Positions 45,706-55,400 of a DNA stretch of 64,000 bases are shown one piece after another. The notes under the pieces are model-generated. The model was not told the origin of the DNA. It worked only from the letters and a program-made list of their open reading frames with translations, and ran no database searches. The translations under genes and the position numbers were made by a program. Where the stretch lies: the IMG/VR virus record IMGVR_UViG_3300024262_006558, positions 1-64,000 of that record, one strand, 5' to 3'. Position 1 is the first letter of the stretch, and every line of letters begins with the position of its first letter.

Positions 45706-48092
45706 TACATTTGAGCAACCTCATCTATAGAAATCTGTTTTTTTCCACCAACTTCTTTCTTTCCAAAATTTAAAAACCCTGCATCATTCTTTTCTATCCT
45801 AGCTAGGTAAACACTATTCTTTTTCATGGACTTATAAAATATCTCAGCATCTTTACCAAACATCCTTAGAACTGTGTCCTTTACCCCGTCAGACACTTTA
45901 AGCACAAGCATGTTCTTACCGCCTTTAGTAGCGTCCATTCTTTTAGATTGTAAAATGAAATAGTAATCATCAACATCAACATATTCATTGATACTACTTA
46001 TCTCTCTACCCGCAGATTCAGTTATGATCTGTTTTATTTCTGTAGCTTTTTTGATATATGCTAAATCAACTCCGCACACATCCATAAACTCTTTATTCTT
46101 TTCAATATCGGTAGTCGCTACATAAGTATCCTCATTTGGCTTCAATTCTGATTCATAACTAGACGCTGAGAACAAGGTTAATTGTTTTGGATCAGCCTTC
46201 TTTCTCTTCTTTTTCTTAGCAAATAAATCACATAATTCTTCACGAGAATGAGACCAATCATCAAACACACCAGCTTTAACTGAGGCTTCGTATGGAGTCT
46301 TGCCAAACTTGCTAAAGTTAGCATCAAAGAAATGATATTTGGACACCGATTTAAAGTTAGTTTCTTTCTGAATTTTAAGAACTTCATTTAAATCACTATA
46401 TGCCGCATCACCCATACCATTAATCGCAGATAATCCCATTGATATTTCTTTTTCATCCGTAGTAGCCCATCTCCAAGAAGATTTTCTAGAAGGAGGTAGA
46501 ATATCTATACCTTTAGCTATAGCTGAAGATATTGCAGCATTTAACCATTCACGCTCCTTATCTTTACCTCCATTTGTCTTAGGGTGATTCAATAAAGAAG
46601 TGTAAAACTCTACTGGGTAATAATGTTTTAAATACAATGTTTGCATTGCCAAATAAGCATATGAAAGGGAGTGAGACTTGTTAAATGAATATCCTAAATA
46701 CTCGATCATCCATTCTTTAATCTTCTCTAAAGATTTTTCATCCATACCATTCTTAAGAGATCCATCCAAGAACATGTTCCAGTACTTTAAAAACCCTTTG
46801 TATGCTTTATTATCTTTTTCCTCTTCACTCAACGGAGGTCCCATAAACTCTCCATTTTCACCTTTCTTTCTAGAGGCTAAATCTTTCTGAATTAACTTAC
46901 TCGCCTTATCCATCGCACGTCTAAGTAAATCACCTTCACCTAAACTCATTCCAGCAAATTGATTTGCTATAAACATTACTTGCTCTTGGAAGATAAGTAC
47001 GCCATTACTTTCTGACAATATAGGCTCCAACCAAGGGTGTATATACTTAATCTCAGATGGAGCAAATTTATTTTTTATGTATTCACGATCAGCTCCGATA
47101 CCCATTGGACCTGGTCTAAATAACGCATTGGCCGCAACAAGTTCAGAAAACTTATCGATTCTTATCCCTTTAATCAATGAGTTCATACCAGCGGATTCAA
47201 ACTGAAAAATACCATGATTTAACCCAAGTCTCAACTCCTTATATAAATTAGCGTCTTCAATGTCAACATGATCCACTTTTTCCTGAACTTCTTTAAAGGT
47301 TTCTTCACCGTACTTAATCCGTATCAAATCAATAGCGTCCTTAATTACATTTAAAGTTTCAATCTTAAGACGGTCAAGCTTTAATATTCCTAAAGTTGAT
47401 AAATCCTTACCTGACTTGTCGGCCTCTTGAAAGGCCGTCACGATAGAATTCTCCTCACCCTTAGGCTTTGCTATAATATTAGTTGGAACATAGTTATAGC
47501 ATGGCCCTGGAGTTATTACAAGACCTGCCGCGTGCTGCCCTATACCTCTAATTTGCCCTTGAAGTTTAAGCGTGTGCTCTAATATGATCGCGTTCTCTGG
47601 ATCTGTCAACCAAGCCTTAACCCTAGTGCTGCACCCTGGATGTTCTGGATATTCCGTTAACCACTCTTCAAAAGAATCGTAATCTCCCAAACTTCCGCCC
47701 ATCTCTTTGGTGACCTGAAAAACTTCAGATTCAAAACCAGATGCTTCAGTTCCTTGATGAGCTTTTGTTACATCTTTAATACATCCTTTTTCATTGAATG
47801 TAGAGAATGTCCCTACGTTAAGTACTCTGTTTCTACCATACTTTTCATATAATATCTCATTCGTGACATGGTCTGTACCATTCATGAAGTCAATATCGAT
47901 GTCTGGCGGACTATTGTGTACTAAAATAGCCGTTTTTAAGCTGTTTTCACCGTTTTCTCCATTATTTATAAAGTCGATATCTATACAGTTTTTTGATGTT
48001 CCATAAAATAGATGGTCTTCATCAAAGGAAAGGTCATACACTTTACCTGAGTAATCGACTTTTCTAATATGTTTTATTTTACTTTTTTGCAT
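45705..48092 (-). CDS. dnaE: DNA polymerase III alpha, C-terminal half, preceded by 60-aa split-intein C part
   Basis: After VHN: SPPDIDIDF catalytic motif, GQHAAG, LKLDRL, GIFQFES, LIFQEQVM, GYSFNKSHS. Confidence 0.95.
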   Translation of the reverse strand: MQKSKIKHIRKVDYSGKVYDLSFDEDHLFYGTSKNCIDIDFINNGENGENSLKTAILVHNSPPDIDIDFMNGTDHVTNEILYEKYGRNRVLNVGTFSTFNEKGCIKDVTKAHQGTEASGFESEVFQVTKEMGGSLGDYDSFEEWLTEYPEHPGCSTRVKAWLTDPENAIILEHTLKLQGQIRGIGQHAAGLVITPGPCYNYVPTNIIAKPKGEENSIVTAFQEADKSGKDLSTLGILKLDRLKIETLNVIKDAIDLIRIKYGEETFKEVQEKVDHVDIEDANLYKELRLGLNHGIFQFESAGMNSLIKGIRIDKFSELVAANALFRPGPMGIGADREYIKNKFAPSEIKYIHPWLEPILSESNGVLIFQEQVMFIANQFAGMSLGEGDLLRRAMDKASKLIQKDLASRKKGENGEFMGPPLSEEEKDNKAYKGFLKYWNMFLDGSLKNGMDEKSLEKIKEWMIEYLGYSFNKSHSLSYAYLAMQTLYLKHYYPVEFYTSLLNHPKTNGGKDKEREWLNAAISSAIAKGIDILPPSRKSSWRWATTDEKEISMGLSAINGMGDAAYSDLNEVLKIQKETNFKSVSKYHFFDANFSKFGKTPYEASVKAGVFDDWSHSREELCDLFAKKKKRKKADPKQLTLFSASSYESELKPNEDTYVATTDIEKNKEFMDVCGVDLAYIKKATEIKQIITESAGREISSINEYVDVDDYYFILQSKRMDATKGGKNMLVLKVSDGVKDTVLRMFGKDAEIFYKSMKKNSVYLARIEKNDAGFLNFGKKEVGGKKQISIDEVAQM
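47913..48092 (-). mobile_element. Split intein C-terminal part (IntC, 60 aa)
   Basis: Own ATG; block F VYDLSFDEDHLFY; block G ILVHN followed by Ser+1. Confidence 0.92.
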
Positions 48093-49140
48093 CTATAATT
48101 CTTTTAACTCTATCTATAACTAACTTCTGATTATCTTTCCAGTCTTTTTCCCAAATCTCAACGTAAGTACAGCTATATTCTTTCTCTATCAAAGATACCT
48201 TTACCTCTTCTTCTTTCCAAATGTCTTGAGCTATCTTTTTTTTATGCTTATGAAAATAATCATGACTATAAATATCTGGATTGCAATGCCAATAATCCCC
48301 TTGAATCTCTATTACTATATTATATTCTTTATTAAAAAAGTCTACTCTATAATTCCTTTTAGTGTCATAATTAATAAAGTTCGCCTGTTTATTTCCTGAT
48401 GCGTAATAAAATGAATCTTTAATTTCAGGAATCTTAACCAATTCTTTTACTACTTGTATTTCCAGATTTGAAACTCCTCCAGAAAAATTTGCTCTATTTT
48501 CATTTTGCCATTCATCAGAGTAAAACAAATTCTCAACCCCATATTTTATCATCATAGAATCGGTTACTGCTGAATAGTGAGAGCCTCTATTTAGAAATGA
48601 ATCATGACCGTATCTCTCATTCATGGTGGAAACAATCTTTTTATGTATATTTGGAGATTGTATTGGAGCCCTTAACCCAGTTGTGCCTAAGTTTTTATTT
48701 AAAGTCTTTCCGTATTTTTCTCTATACTCTTTTGTTTTATAATAAAGCGACTTGTATTCCTTTTCTCTAAGAGGGTGCCCTAATTCATAGAAATACTTCC
48801 CTCCTCTAGCTGGGTGTAGCTCTAAAACACTTTCCTTATCCAGGAATTTATCATAGTACTTAACTTTTAAATTAGAAAGACTTTCAAGTGACCCATCTTC
48901 CATCTGAAGTTTAATAACCCATCTCCCTCTATGTTTTGCATGAACCACAGAATCGACTGTATCTCCAGAGATCGTTTCCAATCCAATAAATGATGAAAGT
49001 GACACATTTAGAGGTGTCTTATATTTCCATATGTCTAAATCAGCCTGAGTTGGATCTATAAAGCCATAAAACTCTTTTATAGCTTTGTCTAGATCTTTTT
49101 TGGTGTCAAAATTATTACTTAGTAAATATTCTTTTGTCAT
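48079..49140 (-). CDS. Free-standing Vsr/DUF559-like (putative homing) endonuclease between the dnaE halves
   Basis: RYG/KYGVEN repeats; SNLE...VDFF...IEIQGDYWHCNP...EIWEKDW. Confidence 0.85.
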   Translation of the reverse strand: MTKEYLLSNNFDTKKDLDKAIKEFYGFIDPTQADLDIWKYKTPLNVSLSSFIGLETISGDTVDSVVHAKHRGRWVIKLQMEDGSLESLSNLKVKYYDKFLDKESVLELHPARGGKYFYELGHPLREKEYKSLYYKTKEYREKYGKTLNKNLGTTGLRAPIQSPNIHKKIVSTMNERYGHDSFLNRGSHYSAVTDSMMIKYGVENLFYSDEWQNENRANFSGGVSNLEIQVVKELVKIPEIKDSFYYASGNKQANFINYDTKRNYRVDFFNKEYNIVIEIQGDYWHCNPDIYSHDYFHKHKKKIAQDIWKEEEVKVSLIEKEYSCTYVEIWEKDWKDNQKLVIDRVKRIIDAKK

Positions 49141-49155
49141 AATGAAATCTTTATC

Positions 49156-49182
49156 TATAAATAGGTAAGGATTTTATAAATA
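49156..49182 (-). promoter_or_regulatory. Two tandem TATTTATA motifs upstream of the endonuclease
   Basis: Copies at 49156-49163 and 49175-49182. Confidence 0.55.
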
Positions 49183-49500
49183 TTAAATTTTGGGAATGCC
49201 TTTCCATAATTTAACATTTACAAACTCTCTATTTTGATCTTGGAATGATTCTGTCAGTGAGTTATAGTAACACATTTCAACTGTTATGTATTCATCTCCT
49301 ATATTGGCTCCTAAAACATCTTCTTGATACACTCTTTTTACTACACATAGAAAACTACCTTGATACGATCCGTTATCAATAAGTTCACCTTCTTCATTTA
49401 AACCATCCAATGGTATGTGTGTTTTAAAATTCTCCCACTTATCCATAGAAGTAGAAGTTGTGTTTATTTTATCTGGTTCTCTAATTTCAAATTTTTCCAT
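49183..49500 (-). CDS. Hypothetical passenger protein inside fractured dnaE
   Basis: 105-aa ORF, no nuclease or intein motifs seen. Confidence 0.7.
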   Translation of the reverse strand: MEKFEIREPDKINTTSTSMDKWENFKTHIPLDGLNEEGELIDNGSYQGSFLCVVKRVYQEDVLGANIGDEYITVEMCYYNSLTESFQDQNREFVNVKLWKGIPKI

Positions 49501-49563
49501 TTTAAAATTTCAATTTATCTGATATGAACCCTTTTTTAGACCCAACTAATTCTTGAATAAATT

Positions 49564-51765
49564 TTATTTAACAAACAAAATATCAGTTTCTAAAATATCA
49601 TCCACCCTTATCTCCATTCTTTCACCCTCTCTTTCTACGGGAACTATATGATTACCAGTTAACTTAATTACAGCACCATCCTCTGTTTCTATTTCATAAA
49701 CAGATTCATCCGCCCCAATCTCTCTCACATGCATCTGAACTAACTCTCCTTTACCTGTTGATGTTTCTACTGGATCACCTACTTCAAGGTCTACCACGCT
49801 TTTATAAGTGCCATCTTTCATCAAAACTGTACAGTCATCAGTAAGGCAATCTCTAGATGGATTCAAGAAACGCTCGAAATATAAATCAAACCTAATTGGA
49901 TCAATCTTAATAATATCAAGGCACCAAGAGAGCAAGCTTCCTGCGGCAGATCCACGCGCAGGACCGATGTCATATCCCCTCTTTCTATATTCTCTAATTA
50001 TCTCCCAATTAACCAAGAAATAATCAAGCATCTTCTTTGACTCAATTACTTCAAGCTCATACTCTAATCTATCAAAGTACTCCTTCATTTTCTCTTCAGT
50101 CATTTCAACTATACCACTCTTTTTATAGTAGCCTAGTTTTTGTTTTAATTTAGCATGAGCTAATTTAGTTATTATACCTTTAGTGGTAGTTTCCTTGAAG
50201 TAATCTAAAACATCTTGAGTAGGTTCGTATTGAGGATATTTCTCAACACCAATTTCGAAATCATAATTACATTTACTAGCAATCTCTAAAGTGTTATCTA
50301 AACATATATTAACAAAACTCTCAGGATAGTTGAAATCTCTATCAGAATTTAGTTTTTGGAAATCAGCGCGTCTAAAATAGTACATCTTTCTATTCTCTTT
50401 CAAGAAAGCATTATCTATAGACGTTCTCTGTTTGATAGATGTGACTACATCTTGCAAAACAGCATCTTCCTCTTTAGGGTAGAAAGTGTCATTTGTAAGT
50501 ATTGGCTTTACATTGTAATACTTCATCATTTTAATCATGAATACATTGTAAGCTCTTTGTTGAGAAGAACCGTTAAATTGTAATTCAATATAAAAATCTT
50601 CCCCAAACTCTTTTTCAAACTTCTGAAACAACTGTTCAGCTTTTCTTTCTTCACCCCTTTGTACTAAGTGGGAGAATACGCTATCCTCGGAAGAAGTTGT
50701 AACTATTAAACCTTCTTTGTGCTTAAGTAACCATTCAGTTTTAATTCTACCTTTTTGGTAATAACCTTCAGTGTTCGCCTTATAAAGAAGTAGATTCAGA
50801 TTTTTATAACCTTCTTCATTCTTTATATATATTTTTTGCTTAAATGATTCCCCTTGAGCTCTTCCCTCTTCTACATCACCAATTTTCTCATTAAGATAAA
50901 GGTCTATTCCTAATATAGGTTTTATACCAGCCTCTTTACATGCTTGGTAAAATTCGAAAGTACCAGACATTGTAGAGGAATCGGTGATAGCCATAGACTC
51001 ATGACCATACTCCTTTGCTATCTTAATGTAATCTTTAACTGATCCAGCCCCCTCAAGTATAGAGTGGAATGTATGTAAGCATAGTGGAACAATTGGGCGC
51101 TCTCCGCCTTCGGATTCTTTTTTGTCGGCTTTTTCAAGCATCTCTTGAAGAGATGCTTCAACATCAACTTCTTCGTAATCTCCTGAATAATTAAACCAAC
51201 CGATCTCTTGAAGCTTGAAGAAACATTTAGCTAACGCCTCAACATCTACAAGTGCATCATGGGCATCTTGGAAAGCTGTATTAAATAGTTTTAAATATAA
51301 CTCACTTAAAGTAGGCCATTTATATCCACCACCTCTCTTTTTGGGAACCTTACAGAAATCTACAGTAGTGTTTTTTGTACATATATGCCTAATCTTCTGT
51401 ACAAAATTAGGCATACCTAAACGAGTATACTCACATCCCACAATTTTTTCATCAAAAGAAATATTGTGAGCAATAAGATATCTAGACCCTTGAAGATCTT
51501 CCGAGAACATATTAAGAGCTACTTCTAGATCTATACCTTCTTGTTCTGCTCTCTCTGTTGTGACCCTGTGTATATTGGACGCTTCTATCGGTATTGTATA
51601 ACCATCAGGCCTGATAACAATGCTTTCAGTTTTTATACAATTATAATCCTTATCATAAACCTTCCATGCAATTTGGACCATTCTTGGCCAATTGTCAAAG
51701 TCAGTTAATGGAGCGTTATATTTTTTTGGAAGACCTGTAGTCTCCGTATCAAATACTATATACAT
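49564..51765 (-). CDS. dnaE: DNA polymerase III alpha, N-terminal half (DEDDh exonuclease plus PHP), followed by 94-aa split-intein N part
   Basis: MYIVFDTETTGLPK, AHNISFD, HDALVDV; PHP CLHTFHSILEG...MAITD; GPARGSAAGSLLSWCL...FERFLNPSRD then CLTDD. Confidence 0.95.
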   Translation of the reverse strand: MYIVFDTETTGLPKKYNAPLTDFDNWPRMVQIAWKVYDKDYNCIKTESIVIRPDGYTIPIEASNIHRVTTERAEQEGIDLEVALNMFSEDLQGSRYLIAHNISFDEKIVGCEYTRLGMPNFVQKIRHICTKNTTVDFCKVPKKRGGGYKWPTLSELYLKLFNTAFQDAHDALVDVEALAKCFFKLQEIGWFNYSGDYEEVDVEASLQEMLEKADKKESEGGERPIVPLCLHTFHSILEGAGSVKDYIKIAKEYGHESMAITDSSTMSGTFEFYQACKEAGIKPILGIDLYLNEKIGDVEEGRAQGESFKQKIYIKNEEGYKNLNLLLYKANTEGYYQKGRIKTEWLLKHKEGLIVTTSSEDSVFSHLVQRGEERKAEQLFQKFEKEFGEDFYIELQFNGSSQQRAYNVFMIKMMKYYNVKPILTNDTFYPKEEDAVLQDVVTSIKQRTSIDNAFLKENRKMYYFRRADFQKLNSDRDFNYPESFVNICLDNTLEIASKCNYDFEIGVEKYPQYEPTQDVLDYFKETTTKGIITKLAHAKLKQKLGYYKKSGIVEMTEEKMKEYFDRLEYELEVIESKKMLDYFLVNWEIIREYRKRGYDIGPARGSAAGSLLSWCLDIIKIDPIRFDLYFERFLNPSRDCLTDDCTVLMKDGTYKSVVDLEVGDPVETSTGKGELVQMHVREIGADESVYEIETEDGAVIKLTGNHIVPVEREGERMEIRVDDILETDILFVK
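49567..49848 (-). mobile_element. Split intein N-terminal part (IntN, 94 aa)
   Basis: Cys1 CLTDDCTVLMKDG block A; block B KLTGNHIV; ends ETDILFVK-stop. Confidence 0.92.
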
Positions 51766-51789
51766 GGATTGTTATTTTTACTTAGATAA

Positions 51790-51797
51790 CAAAAATA
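51790..51797 (-). promoter_or_regulatory. -7 element TATTTTTG upstream of dnaE-N
   Basis: TAnnTTTG match 24 nt upstream of ATG. Confidence 0.45.
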
Positions 51798-51832
51798 TGC
51801 AATCCACTTATGATTTACAAGAAAAACTTGTA

Positions 51833-52099
51833 TTATGATTTGTGAAGATCTAAATTTCTTTTTACAACTAAGAAAAAAGAAATTATTATAAATGATGCAA
51901 ATAAAGCTATAGGGGGGAAGTTTAAAAACCAATACACCACGGAAGTCATAAGAAAATGACTAAAACCCGCCATCAATCCATAGTTGACCACTTTATACGT
52001 AGCTTTGTTTTCTTTAATATAATGAGCCCCAGCCATAATAAAGCCGAATAACATTAAAAAAACAGGTACAAGTAATGCGATTGTGATAATATTGTTCAT
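51833..52099 (-). CDS. Small membrane protein
   Basis: Three hydrophobic segments. Confidence 0.65.
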   Translation of the reverse strand: MNNIITIALLVPVFLMLFGFIMAGAHYIKENKATYKVVNYGLMAGFSHFLMTSVVYWFLNFPPIALFASFIIISFFLVVKRNLDLHKS

Positions 52100-52229
52100 A
52101 GTAATTAAGTTTTAGTTTCAATTACTATAACGAAGATCTTCTTATAATGTTTCCATAATGGAAACTTATTTTTTACAAGCTCATCTTCAAGAGGGGCGTA
52201 GGGCGATTTTTAAATATTATATTTTAGCA

Positions 52230-52469
52230 TCAATAGTCATTTTCACTATCTTGCCTCTGACATAAAATCCCTTTTCTTAAATCTTCACAAAGCTTTCTAA
52301 CCTCATTAATCTTACCCCTAGCTCTTATACTAGCTCGTCTACCTGTTTTGGATCTCAAGAATTTAGTGACATCCGCATCGGCGGAGTCAACTAATTCCTT
52401 TAAGTATTCCCAGTTTTGTCTGATTTCATAAAAATCAGTTTCCACTATTTCTTTCTTAGGCCTCCCCAT
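52230..52469 (-). CDS. Histone H1-like Hc1 family protein
   Basis: Likely start MGRPKKE at 52469; LKELVDSADADVTKF...ASIRARGKINEVRKLCEDLRK matches the Hc1-family pattern. Confidence 0.7.
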   Translation of the reverse strand: MGRPKKEIVETDFYEIRQNWEYLKELVDSADADVTKFLRSKTGRRASIRARGKINEVRKLCEDLRKGILCQRQDSENDY

Positions 52470-55400
52470 CGTCTCTTTTGAATGAAGATTTTTCCCCCTT
52501 AAGCTTGTTGATAGAATCAAGCCTGTCCATAACATCTCTAGCTTTATTAGCTATTTGCTCACTTTCTTTTTGAAGTTTACCGTCTGATATTTCAATTTCC
52601 TCAATTTCTTGAATCACTCTCTTCTTTGCAGGCTTTTTCTTAACAACCTCGAACTCTCCTTCAGACTCAGTTTCAACTTCATTTTCTTGAGACTTTATTC
52701 TTTCATCTATTCTATTAATCATTCCACTCATTTTTCTACTAGCAGCAGATATCAAAATGTGATTTTCAAACAGTTTATTCTCTTTACTTATATCGTTTTC
52801 CTCTTCACCTTTTAAAGTGTGCTCCATAAGTTCTTCGTAGAAATTGTCAAATCTATCATCGGAAGCTTTTAGCAATTTATGAAGTCTGCCTCTCTTTATT
52901 TCAGCTAAGTCTCCAACAGGCTCTTCAGTTGGGCCATCATCTATTCCAGCCGCTCCAAGATCTGCTCCTAAATCACCTTCCAGATCACCACCTCCAGCAG
53001 CATCTAAATCACCGTCTAAATCATCGATGCCAGCATCCATTCCCCCTCCAGCAATATCCCCGTCAAATCCGCCTCCGAATCCTCCAGCTCCACCGTCACC
53101 AAGACCTTCCTCGCCTCCTTCTCCAGGAGTCTGTATAGCCGCATGAGGGTTTTCATACTTTTTATCAAGATCTTTAAATAACCCGATTTTCTTATATGAT
53201 TCCGCTGCAGATTCAATTTCCATGAATAGTTTCTTCTCAACTTTCTTCTGCTTCAAGATAAGTTTGATCTCTTCTTTAGAGAATCCCATAACATTCTCCA
53301 TAGCCCATGTATATGAAGCTGGAGACATTCCTTCTGGAGTAAACATTTGAGAGAAAACTTCTAACTTAGATTTCCACGTCTCCATGTTCAACAATACTTG
53401 TTGAGTAGAAGGGTTAGTAAGTTGCAAATCGAAATTATCTATATCATCTTCAAACCCTAAGAATAATAAGTGAATATTAGCTATTCTTCTTAATTCCATC
53501 AACACACACTCCTGTATCATGTTAATAGTTCTTGCGAACCTTAAATCAGATTGAGACAATAAACTTCCACCTGGAATAGATTCCGTGTAGTTCAAATAAG
53601 GTTTTGGAACCTTAATTGCAGCAAACAATTTATTTTGAAGATATTCAATATCCATGATATCACCAAGATTTGTTGCCCCTGGTAAAGTATCAATCTTTGA
53701 AGACTTATCTCCCCTAACTGGTATGAAGTAATCTTCTTCAACACTAGGGGGGTTGTATTTTCTATTTGAGTTTCCGTTTCTTGAATCTACGACTGGCTGT
53801 CTTTTAAGACGAGTTTTGATATCTTCAATATATTGTAAAACGTCAGCATCATCTATGTTTCCTACATCAATGTAGAACACTCTACGTTCTGGAGCTCTAA
53901 CAATACGATATACAAGCATTGCATCTTCTGCAAGCTGTAATTGTTTCCAAAGTTTTCTAGCTGGATCTAATACCGATCTACCATAAGGTAATCTACGAGT
54001 GTCTTCAAGTAATCTGAAATGGGCAATTTGCCAATCTTCAAATATCATTCCTTGAGTGTCCCATCTGAATCTGGTTCTTCCTGGCTCACCTTCAACGCCT
54101 TCTTCTCTATGAATTTCTTCAGAAGGCAAGGCTAGTACATCAAAAATACCATATTCTTTATCAATGTGTAAATGTAAAAAGAAATCTCCATATTTACACA
54201 AATCTCTAATCCACAACCTCATGTTAAATTCAACATTCAATCGTTTCTTAAGAAGATCATTCAACACTTCTTTAACTCTTTTGTTAGGGGAGAAGATCTC
54301 AAGGATATTACCTCTCTCATTTCTGGTCAAGCAATTGTGAGTGAAAACACCAGTTCCATTTGAGGTTAGAATGGCGAAATTATGATGCTCGCCCACATTA
54401 ACTAAATCATAAGTCTTCCTTTTACCAACAAACTCAACAGATTTAATTGAATGGTTTGTCGCAGACACAAAATTGGTCCAATTTTTATATTCAGATCTTG
54501 ACAATAAGCCTTCAATTTCTTTTCTAGAAATATCATTATCTCTACAAATTTTAGATAAATTTGGCCTTTCACCTTGTGAAGAAAGATATAAACTCTTTAT
54601 ATAATTTAATCTTTCTTTTTTAGAATTATATTTTTTTACAAAATCAGTCCATTTGCCATATCCATTTTTCTCAAGATATGTATTAACCTTTTTTGGTCTC
54701 CAATTAAAATCATCACATATTTTTGACATATTATTCTCAAGAATAATTTGTCCTAAATAATTTTCACACGCTCCCTCTATTGCTTGTATAGATATTTTGC
54801 TATTGTGAAACCCTAAATCCTCCCACCTTTGTAAATTTAAAGATTTATATACTTTTGATTTATACAGAATTCTTCTAGTAGTTCCAAGAATCTCACAAGC
54901 CTCTTCGACTGTTGATGAATTATTATACGCTTGCAATAATTCATGAATAGAAAATTCTCTTTTTTTATCATGAAGATATCTTCCATTTTTTTCTCCAGAC
55001 AATCTATACCCTTTACCATACATAGGGTTTTCTTTTCCTGAATAACCAAATAAATCTTTTAATTCTTCTTGAGAATAATTTGAGTATTTTCTTTTTTGTC
55101 TGTCAGAAATTTCTTGGACTCTTTTAGATCTCCATTCTGGATCGCTCCAATATGGACCTGAAGAAGAATTTGTTTCAGAAAACACTTTTTTCATCTTATC
55201 TGAATAACTCTTGTCATTTTTCCACCTGTCAGAATTAAGAGAGCTATGAAGCTTTTGGTGATCAAACCAATCCATGACCTGAAGATTGGATGGATCATTA
55301 TTTAGTTTATTAAAATCCTTATGGTGAACAACTCCTTTTTTCTCTCCCCAAAGACTACGTTTAACAATTCTATGCGTATATTCCCATTTACCATCTTCAA

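Noticed and set aside
48076-48092. A-AAA-AAG slippery heptamer at the end of the endonuclease (GCA AAA AAG TAA)
   Set aside because: A -1 shift gives K-V-K-stop. DnaE-C is in the +1 frame, so this does not fuse the endonuclease to IntC.
49183-49563. Group I or II intron explaining the dnaE interruption
   Set aside because: Both halves have complete protein-splicing motifs with their own stop and start codons; no intron core structure was recognised.
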